Part shown: in pieces, positions 1 to 7,679 of the stretch | Layout of the letters: each line of letters starts with the position of its first letter | Position numbering within the stretch: position 1 is the first letter of the stretch | Source of the DNA: Amoeboradix gromovi X-113 | Lineage: Eukaryota > Fungi > Sanchytriomycota | Length of the DNA stretch: 7,860 nucleotides | Assembly: GCA_018985225.1 (NCBI GenBank) | Contig: JADGIF010000478.1 | Coordinates: forward strand, 1-7,860 | Direction of reading: 5' to 3' | Notes under the pieces: generated by a model | What the model saw: only the letters and a program-made list of their open reading frames with translations | The model's database searches: none | Told to the model about the DNA's origin: nothing | Translations under genes and position numbers: made by a program

Positions 1-142
1 TGGATGAAAGAGTAAGAGAATAGCTGTACAGAATATTTATTTTCCTTTTATACTCGCCAACTCCGCAACTAGCTGAATGTCCACTCGCCTCTTAAATCCA
101 TATAGTAATAAAGCTAAAATAATGTTCCAAGTTGTTACAGAA

Positions 143-174
143 AGTTAGTCCAGTTTTTATATTTGATGTCCCAA
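143..174 (-). repeat. 32-bp inverted-repeat arm (left copy), possible DNA-transposon TIR
   Basis: Reverse complement reads TTGGGACATCAAATATAAAAACTGGACTAACT versus TTGGGACACCAAATATAAAAACTAGACTAACT at 7648-7679 (30/32 identical). The repeat is seen directly; the TIR interpretation is inference. Confidence 0.9.
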
Positions 175-350
175 ATGTAGATAGCGACCATGTATTTATC
201 AAGGAACAGTTACTCATAGGCACCTCTGTTCAATGCCGTCTAGGGCTAATGGAAGCTTGAGCAACTGCTTTAGCGGATTCACTTGCATGATCAGCTTCTC
301 TGCGAAAATTCCCGATGCACTTGTAATCAGGATTTTAACTAGCCCATCGG

Positions 351-370
351 CTAAGAAATAGCCAAATTAC
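351..370 (-). other. Candidate 20-nt spliceosomal intron (GTAATTTGGCTATTTCTTAG)
   Basis: GTAA...TAG boundaries, phase 1 like the other two introns. Removal deletes the TAG stop and continues in frame (..QKYAIADGLVKIL...QRCL*) to TGA at 214-216. It lacks the YTAAC branch motif, so it is uncertain. Confidence 0.4.
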
Positions 371-1223
371 CAATAGCGTACTTTTGGTCTGTTTTCAATT
401 CCGACATGGTAGCTTTGAAGGTGTTGTTGTGCTTATATCCAAAGAAAAAGGTTGGGGTAGAGTGACAATACAGAAATTCGAGATGAGCGTTTTCTACAAC
501 CACAATCAGTATACCAATGAGTTTCGATGGATATTCGGCAAGAAGTATGTCACACAAGAACTCTTGGATGGATTCTTTTAAAATAGATAAGTAGTCTTGG
601 CCGATTAATAGTCGATTTACAACATTTCTACAGAAATCGGAAATCAGTATTTGCTCACCAGCGCCGGAACTAGTTATCGCAATCTCTTTGTTATTTTGGA
701 TTTTTATAAAACCACCTACGCCATATACAAAACTGCTTCCAACTCTACCCTTGTCTTTTCTTAGTATTCCACCACTTGATGTTCCCACACATAACTGCCC
801 GTTCTTATATCCAATACATCCAACAGTATCGTGCCCTTCGCATAGCACTGATTTGTTCTCTTTTTCTTCATATACTCCCTTGCTTTTTAGGTAGTCATCC
901 CCACTTATCAAAATTGGTGTCATTCTATTATTCATTATTCGTGGTAGCTCCATTAGGAATCTTGCTGCCCTTATCGGGTTCTTTGTTCTAGTATTTGTAA
1001 CCGCGCCATAACCCTTGCATACTAGCAATGCATCGCTTGTGCTGTTTACGCCCCCAATACCACAATTCACAATCGTGCTATCTTCCAATATTTCTATTCC
1101 GTTTACTACGTCATCAACTACTGTCCCTTCTCCAATATGGCACGCTTGTTTAATTAATTCTTTGTATTTTGTGAGTTTCTTTTGTTTCCCTGCTCCGAGA
1201 TGTAATATGATAAATCCAGTCAT
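351..1223 (-). CDS. TASP1: Taspase1-like threonine aspartase / asparaginase-2 family Ntn-hydrolase (may extend to 214 via a 20-nt intron)
   Basis: N-terminal GFIILHLGAG, LEDS..VNCGIG, KNPIRAAR, autoproteolysis site HD/TVG (nucleophile Thr codon at 825-827), GTSSGG, GRVG and SGAGEQ are the asparaginase-2/taspase motifs. The SSGG motif and the C-terminal HST..FFFGY favour the Taspase1 subfamily. Confidence 0.85.
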   Translation of the reverse strand: MTGFIILHLGAGKQKKLTKYKELIKQACHIGEGTVVDDVVNGIEILEDSTIVNCGIGGVNSTSDALLVCKGYGAVTNTRTKNPIRAARFLMELPRIMNNRMTPILISGDDYLKSKGVYEEKENKSVLCEGHDTVGCIGYKNGQLCVGTSSGGILRKDKGRVGSSFVYGVGGFIKIQNNKEIAITSSGAGEQILISDFCRNVVNRLLIGQDYLSILKESIQEFLCDILLAEYPSKLIGILIVVVENAHLEFLYCHSTPTFFFGYKHNNTFKATMSELKTDQKYAIGNLAIS

Positions 1224-1253
1224 GTCAAAAGGAGCTAGTGGATTGTATTACAT

Positions 1254-1263
1254 TTTATTTATT
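1254..1263 (-). terminator. Putative polyadenylation signal(s) of the RhoGAP gene
   Basis: Two overlapping AATAAA hexamers on the - strand (1258-1263 and 1254-1259) at and immediately after the TAA stop. AT-rich background weakens the call. Confidence 0.4.
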
Positions 1264-4188
1264 TAGGATTCACTAATTGTAGTTGCTGATGAATTTTTTG
1301 TAATGTTATTATCAGTTGTATGGGTATCTTCGTCAAATATAACTAGCTTATTTTCAACATTGTTGTCACCTTTTCTTACATGATCTTGTGGCTTTGTATT
1401 CTTCACAATAACTTCACATTTCTTTAGCAAATCTTTTTCGGTCATTCCTTCTGTTGATTCGTTCATTAATGCCGCAATCTCTACAGGTATTAACCAAAAA
1501 TCATCCTGCCATATCAGCAAAGACGTTACTGTTTGTATTGCAGATAACGAATCTTCTTTTATTCCTTCCTTGCTCTTGCTATACAGTATGTTCGGCGCTA
1601 TGACTGTGCTTATGTTGTTAATATCCATTAAGCTCCCGTTGCTTCCGTCCTCTCTGTATGCATACTGCCCTAGATCTCTAAAGAATAGTAAAAGCACCTC
1701 TAATAAGTCCCTATTTGCTTTGGGTAATAGGCAGCATGCCAAATGCAATACCTTCTTTTGAACTGCTAAATCCTGTATTTCTACGTTAGTTTGCGTTACT
1801 TGTTGCTGATACAAATAGCTTGTATAATTTAAAAGTCATCAGCGGCTCAGGTAAATCTCTAAGAAACTTTTTCAAAATTGCTGCTAGTTGTATTTCTGAT
1901 TCATTTTCTAATATCTCATCCTCTACTTTAATATCCAGTAAATCGCATGAATCCTTGATCTTTTTGATGTTTCCATTTAATCTGAATATACCCTCTGCAT
2001 ACAAATTCTTTGATTTTAGTATCTTTATTGTTGAGTCTACAAATACAGGTATTCTAAGCCTACCAGGTCCAGCTCCCAGGTTCGAGTCGATACCTTTTTG
2101 AGTAAGTAATTCCAATGGTGTAGCAAATAGCCCTCGGGTCTTCTTAACTTGCTTAACTAGTTTACTCAACAAAGCTTCTTTACGACTGCCTATTGCTTCC
2201 AGTAGCTCTTGCTTGCTTACATCTACAAGTGGTGAAATCATCAAGACTGCAAAATGCTGAACTATTATGTGCTCTAAAGCACTCAGTTCGCTTGAGTATC
2301 GGGTAACAACTTGTGAGTACCTATGGCTATCATCTTGGTTGTTAGCTATGCTGATCCTCTTGTTACCTCCAACCATTCTTCTAGAATTTGCAACATTAGT
2401 CGAGTTAGATAGCAATTCTTCGCTGGTATCATCAACATCGTTAGTAGTGGTAGTTCCGTTCTGTACTGTTTGTTGTGGTGCAGGTGAATGGTTACTGATA
2501 TTCTTTTTACTAGGTGACTTTTTTAATATTCCTCCTAAATTGTTAATGCTTGGCGATCGAGTCCTTATCTCCTCAGTATCCTCAAAGTCATTGGTGCTCA
2601 TGCTCTTTTTAAACTTTTGGCTAACTCTGCGCACTACACTAGCGGTTACTTCTGTATCTCCGTTACCTTCACTGTTGGGATTGCTAGTTAGTTGCTGTTG
2701 AGTAGACATGATATTGTGAAGTCTGCGCAGAGCTACTCGCAGCAAGAATACATATTGGCCTAGCTTAGTTATCTTTGTGTAGCCAAACGATTTAACATCA
2801 TCAAAATTTAAATTCTTGTTCTGTCCTTTCCAGGTCGACTCAATAATTTCCCTCGACTTCTTGTCCATTGGGAAACACTTGCTGTGCCACCTGAAGCCTA
2901 TTAAGTTGTCAACGATAGCGTCATCGTCAATTGTTTGGCGACACAAAGTGCATAAATCAGCATGCAAGTCAACATGAAGTCTATCCATCGGTAAATAGTC
3001 CTTTTTTAATAGCTGCATAGTACTTGCAGGTAACGGTGCCACATACACAGGTGCAGGTGTTTGTTGAATTCCTTGATTCAGTATAAAATCAGTCCAAATA
3101 TCAGTTAATTCGGTAATCGCATTCATTCCTTTGTGTTCTACCAGCAATGCCATAACTACACATGTTCGAATCAATACTTTTAAGTACTGGGCCATACTGG
3201 TGACCAAGGATAGCAACTCTTGAGTAGCTCCAATTTTTTTGATAATATCCTGTTGCGTATGGCTTAAAAGGGTAAAGAAGTGGATCATCTTTTTCGCAAG
3301 AAACTTGCATTCTTTCTGCTCGTCCATTACTATTGAACCCAACTTCTGTCTGTTAAACTTATCCAAGCACTCAAAGAGTACTTCAACGTGATTAACAAAC
3401 AAAGCAGCCTGCTCCAGACCTGTAGTGTAATTAAGAGCAGTGAAGTTTTGAAGCAATTCACCTATGGTATTGGTTAGGGATTCTTCAAACTGAGTCAAGG
3501 TATGCCACAATAATGAAATCGAATCTTGCACTTTGGAATACATTTGGAGGACCTGCTGCTTTGGAAGTAGGGAATTAGATAAGTATCCAAGGTATGCAGG
3601 TAATTCTTCTATAGGTAGCCCGGCAATGTCAGCAGTTAAAGGAGTTCTAGTCCTTGGAAAAAATAAAACATTCCAAGTTTTGAAAAGCATATAGCATTCT
3701 GGATGCCAGCACTGGCTAGAAGATGTTTCTACAAATTGATTTAATATCGGTAAGATACAACCAACGCATTTCATAGCAAAATGAGTTGAGTAGTGGTATT
3801 TACACACAACGCACATATTTGGAGACGTATCTGTGGAAGCCTTTTGTAATACTTGAAGTAGTTCTGATTGTTTTACAGTGAAGTAGCTGGCTTGCTTATC
3901 AAACGGAGCCTTGCAAATTGCACATGTGAAGCAATGAAGATGGTATTTTTGCTGATTAAAAGTCACATGAGAGGTCTTAATCAATTGATTACACTGGGTG
4001 CATATTAGTCCTTTTTCTTTGAAGTAGTCTTGTTCACAGAAAGATTGTTGATTCATATGGAAAAATCTATCACTAACATTCTTACCACATTTGACACAAG
4101 TAAAGCATTCAATATGGAATGCCTGATCGAATGCTTTAATGTATTTAGACGTGATGGGTAGCTTACATTTCGCGCAGATTCTCGTCAT
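1263..4188 (-). CDS. LRG1: LIM-domain Rho GTPase-activating protein (S. cerevisiae Lrg1 / S. pombe Rga1 type); 2 exons (4188-1800, 1780-1263), 968 aa
   Basis: Two N-terminal LIM domains (CAKC..HIECFTCVKC..CEQDY; CTQC..HLHCFTCAIC..CKYHY) and further partial LIMs (CVGC..WHPEC; CTLC..WHSKC). RhoGAP domain with EGIFRLNGN arginine finger and LAAILKKFLRDLPEPLMTF. It continues after the intron as LLPKANRDLLEVL..MDINNISTVIAPNIL. The 800-aa and 183-aa ORFs join by removing 1781-1799. Confidence 0.93.
1781..1799 (-). other. 19-nt spliceosomal intron (GTAACGCAAACTAACGTAG)
   Basis: GT-AG ends and a canonical ACTAAC branch motif; it contains the in-frame TAA. Removal gives LFVSATKIQDLAVQKKVLHLACCLLP and restores a continuous RhoGAP domain. 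Confidence 0.9.
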
Positions 4189-4844
4189 GAAGTTTAAATT
4201 TGTAAAACTTGTGTTTCAAAGTTGACTCAACTGAGATATTTCGACTCAATTCTACAATTTTAAATGCTACAGCACACCAGACAATTTCGTTTAAAAATTC
4301 ATTTTGGATCCCACAGTTTACTTCGTGAATGTAATTGGAAATAGGTTGCGAAAATGGCCCCATTAAAAGTCGGGCTACCCCTGCGAGACTTTCCAAAAAT
4401 AAAAGCCTCTTCAGGCTGTAAGCCGCCAACTTGGTTTTTCATACTTTGCTGATCAACTGCATTCTACTTTTTCTTTTTTGGTGGAAGAATATTATGCTGA
4501 CACTGCTGATGGCGCGATTCCTTGAGCCATCTCCCCAGTAAATGCTCTATTTGTTATTTTTCTGTACCCTCTTGCCATAGCATGCAAACAAGGACGTATT
4601 TTCTTGTTACTAATTAATCCATGATTGCCATGTCGATCATTTGCGGTGTGCAAAGGTATGATAGCGTAAAAAGGTAAGAGTGATGGCTATTTAAGTATGA
4701 CAGTTTTATTATTTTGTGATTAAATAAACGAGTTTCAATTAACTCAATCAAACACCCACAATGAGTGGTGACTGGCCATAATATGATCACTTTCCCAAAG
4801 CGATTGTGAAATATTAAGTACATTCCTTGAAACAGCTTAAAATT
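4189..4844. promoter_or_regulatory. Divergent intergenic / bidirectional promoter region between RhoGAP and PDS5
   Basis: Lies between the head-to-head ATGs at 4188 (-) and 4845 (+). Contains a TGACTCA (AP-1/Gcn4-type) heptamer at 4223-4229. Confidence 0.55.
4366..4540 (-). ncRNA. Unassigned structured-RNA candidate (hairpin - AUUUUUGG - hairpin)
   Basis: Stems AAAGTC/GACTTT (4366-4371/4387-4392), AGCCT/AGGCT (4404-4408/4413-4417) and GATGGC/GCCATC (4508-4513/4526-4531). Sm-site-like AUUUUUGG at 4393-4400 (-). No full match to a known snRNA was recognised. Confidence 0.2.
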
Positions 4845-7596
4845 ATGGTGTCAAGCACTAAAACTGATCTGCTGAAGCAACTAAAACTTTTAAAGAAATC
4901 CAAAAAATTGTCAATTGACACAGTGATTGAGTTAACTTCTGAATTGAATGATCTGGTTCCAGATCATGGATTAAACTCTCAGGAGTTGCAGCTGTTCTTG
5001 CTACATTGCACAGATTGTTTAACTGGTAACTTTGACTCCGATCAAAAGAATTTACTGATTTTTCAGTTAATGGAGAAACAGTTGATGGCTTTAATCGATG
5101 ACTGTTTATCTAAGAATAGCCTAATAACTTCTTTGGTAAACTATCATGTCGCACAATCAGATTCAATTTTTAATCAGAATCTGCATGTTTTAATATCATT
5201 TATTTTTGATGAATTGACTTTTATTGACAATTCTCTTATATCTTTGCTGTTGGATAATCCCAAATGTCACCCAGTCTTACATAAATCCAAATGTATTCAA
5301 TTTTTATTTTCTTATTTTACGTCCATCTTTAGCGAATTAGATTACAGCAAGATTGCTTTTAAAATCAACCATGTGATAGCCCAGTACAGATCAAAGTGGA
5401 GTAGTAATTTTAATTCTATTTATTCTATGCTCTATCCGATAAAATCAGATTTAGAGTTCGATTTACTTGATGAGAAACTTTATAATTTCTCTCGATTTAT
5501 TTATGATAGCCCAAAATCATTGCTAAATTGCAAATCCCTGTTGCTAGATTATATCAAATCTTCAAGTCACCATTTCCGGTATGCTGCACTTTTATTTTTC
5601 ATAGTTATATTAAATCTAAACGGGCCCAATATGCACCCAAATGATAGAATAGAGCAGATATTTGACCAAGACTTTATAAGGCAAGTCCAAAATAGAATTG
5701 GAGATGAGAACTCAAACATTAGAAAATTATCTATTTTTACGTTTCCTTACTTTTACTGGTTTAATTTCAAAGCTCTAGTAATGCAACTAAGATCTTCACA
5801 TGCAGAAGAACGCATACTGTCCGTTGTTATGCTCAACTACATTATTTGCAAGTACTTGGAAAATCCGTACAAACACGCAGACAAGGTGGATCAGCTTAGT
5901 AAGATTTCATTTTTTATCAATTCCATTGGTGATAGGATAGTAGACCGAGACTTCAACGTTCGCAAGGCTGCAATTGATGTTATATGTGGTCTGTTTTCCA
6001 ATGCTACCAGGCTTAGTGAGTCGGTACAATTGTTGATTATGACCAAAGTTGCCAACAGTTTTAAAATAAATTGTCCGCTTACCCATGCAATAGCAGATCT
6101 ATTTTTTAATTCTCTGGACCCGCGTTATTTCATTTTATTTTTGAATGGTTCAACTTGCGTTGAATGGCTGCTTCATCACTTGTCCAGCATTCAAAAGATA
6201 AGAGCCAAATTCATGGCGCAATTGGATAGTCCAGAGAACTCTTTGTTTCTATCAGTTTTTGACTCCAACGCATTTGCCAATGAATATAAAACGATACACC
6301 CATGGCTACTAGACGTTTATAACAACATCAAAGTAGAACATTCAATAAAGATGCTAAACGATATGAATATTGAGTTTGGTGCTATTGCTATTCATTTATC
6401 GCCATTGTTTAGTAACCATTTATCTTCGGTAATAAAAGAAGATACCAGTAATTGCCTATTGTATGCAGCAGTATGTAACTTGGATCCTGTTATAGTAGCA
6501 GATAGGGAATTTAATAAAACTCATCTGATTTTGCTCAAAAGGTGGTTTCTGATTCATGATGCAAACGAATACCAAGAATGCTCAAAAGACGTTTTACGCT
6601 TAAGTAATGAAAACAACAGACTATTGTCACTGGTGCAAGTATTGTGCAACAAGAATGACTTCGCTTCTGATAAACCTAGCTGGTTACTGGCTTACTCAAT
6701 AAAATACAAAAACAACTATGATACACTGATCAAGGACTATTTGCACTCTTGCTTAGATTGGATAAATAACTATGACACAGAGTGTGTATTTAAGATTATT
6801 CAGTACAGCATTATCAAGTTGCAGGATGATTTAAATGTTTTTAAACCATTTATCAAGCTAAGTTTCCAATTATTGCAGCAGGAGGGCGTCTGTGATGAAA
6901 TAACTGCAAACCCCATAGAGCTGTTAGTCTGTTCAAGTAGGCTGTTATTGAAACTATCCACTATTTCCTCGATTTATAAGGCAATGGGAATTGATCTATT
7001 TCACACCATGTGTTTGCAAGTGCAGGCATCGGATTATAAAGTGAGAAGCAAATACATTACACTGTTATGTAAGCTCTTGAAACTAGGTAAATTAGATACC
7101 AATTACTTGAGTAGTCTGTATTTATTAGCATTTGAACCAGACGATGATATAAAGCTGAAAGGTCAGTCGATTCTAAGATTATTTAGCAAAAGAGGTAACA
7201 TTATTTAACTCAGGAAACCAAGTAAGCAGAAGTGAGATGGCAATTCAAAGACTCATACATTTATTGGCACATCATCCTGATTTCTCATTGCAGGACAAAG
7301 AGTTATTTGAAAAATATTTTGAGTTTGTATTCAAGACCATTGGTACCAAAGAGAATATAAACTGTCTAATACTTGCTTGTGAGCAGATGAAGATGGTGGA
7401 GGACAACATAACATATGATAATGCAGTAAAAGACGGAATATATTATCTGTCAGAAATGGGCATAAAAGTGTTTACTAGAATGGCAGGAAATTGGGAAATG
7501 AAACCCTGTACCTTGAAGATGCCCTATCCGAGACTAATAATAAAGAAGCTGCCAAAAGAGAAGGCAAGTTTAAATTTGTTAAAGCAGTATACGTGA
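4845..7596 (+). CDS. PDS5: Sister chromatid cohesion protein PDS5 (HEAT-repeat cohesin regulator), divergent and shortened; 2 exons (4845-7194, 7214-7596), 910 aa
   Basis: HEAT-type motifs RIGDENSNIR and RIVDRDFNVRKAAI. C-terminal Pds5 signatures QVQASDYKVRSKYI, LYLLAFEPD and RLIHLLAHHPDF. First in-frame ATG is at 4845 (the track's TTG start at 4827 is not appropriate for a eukaryote). The ORFs join by removing 7195-7213. Confidence 0.88.
7195..7213 (+). other. 19-nt spliceosomal intron (GTAACATTATTTAACTCAG)
   Basis: GT-AG ends and a TTAAC branch motif; it contains the in-frame TAA. Removal gives FSKRGNQVSRSEMAIQRLIHLLAHHPDF, in frame with the 7237-7596 ORF. Confidence 0.9.
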
Positions 7597-7634
7597 GACA
7601 TCAAATACAAAACTAAGTATTTGAACAACACATA
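7590..7634. repeat. Degenerate third repeat copy within an imperfect TA-bounded palindrome overlapping the PDS5 stop
   Basis: TGAGACATCAAATACAAAACT (7594-7614) resembles TGGGACATCAAATATAAAAACT of the 32-bp repeat. Perfect 8-bp stem TCAAATAC (7601-7608)/GTATTTGA (7617-7624). Outer ends are TACGTG...CACATA. Confidence 0.6.
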
Positions 7635-7647
7635 TCATAGCATCATA

Positions 7648-7679
7648 TTGGGACACCAAATATAAAAACTAGACTAACT
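7648..7679 (+). repeat. 32-bp inverted-repeat arm (right copy), possible DNA-transposon TIR
   Basis: TTGGGACACCAAATATAAAAACTAGACTAACT, preceded by TA (7646-7647); 30/32 identical to the reverse complement of 143-174. Confidence 0.9.

Noticed and set aside
1781-1814. Programmed frameshift, pseudogene, or two separate genes for the RhoGAP (and likewise PDS5 at 7195-7237)
   Set aside because: Both breaks are explained exactly by GT-AG introns with branch motifs. No slippery heptamer is present at either junction and the proteins are otherwise intact.
384-2701. Short + strand ORFs (384-581, 688-894, 776-991, 1015-1266, 1570-1761, 1820-2101, 2267-2701)
   Set aside because: Antisense shadows of the taspase and RhoGAP coding sequences with no recognisable motifs.
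3101-3310. 69-aa alternative-frame ORF inside the RhoGAP
   Set aside because: Nested in a conserved CDS, of a length expected by chance, and without motifs.
4413-4424. AGGCTGTAAGCC resembling the fungal SRP RNA Alu hairpin; GGAAAGTC (- strand, near 4390) resembling RNase P/MRP CR-I
   Set aside because: No SRP helix-8 motif and no complementary CR-V/P4 partner in the right order were found.
4163-4429. 88-aa ORF with RLLFLESLAGV, reminiscent of the alternative oxidase motif RFIFLESVAGVPG
   Set aside because: It has a TTG start, lacks the following PGMV and the di-iron ExxH motifs, and overlaps the RhoGAP start. Likely chance.
4749-4760. CAAACACCCACA resembling a yeast telomerase template or Rap1 site
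   Set aside because: Single short match with no telomeric repeats or other supporting elements in the window.
4299-4823. - strand frame of 175 codons interrupted only by TAA, TAA, TAG and closed by TGA, suggesting TAR=Gln recoding
   Set aside because: The long conserved exons have no in-frame TAA/TAG and the RhoGAP ends in TAA, so the standard code applies. The translation resembles no family I recognise.
7594-7679. Two similar direct copies about 55 nt apart, superficially CRISPR-like
   Set aside because: Only two degenerate copies, eukaryotic context, and no cas genes.
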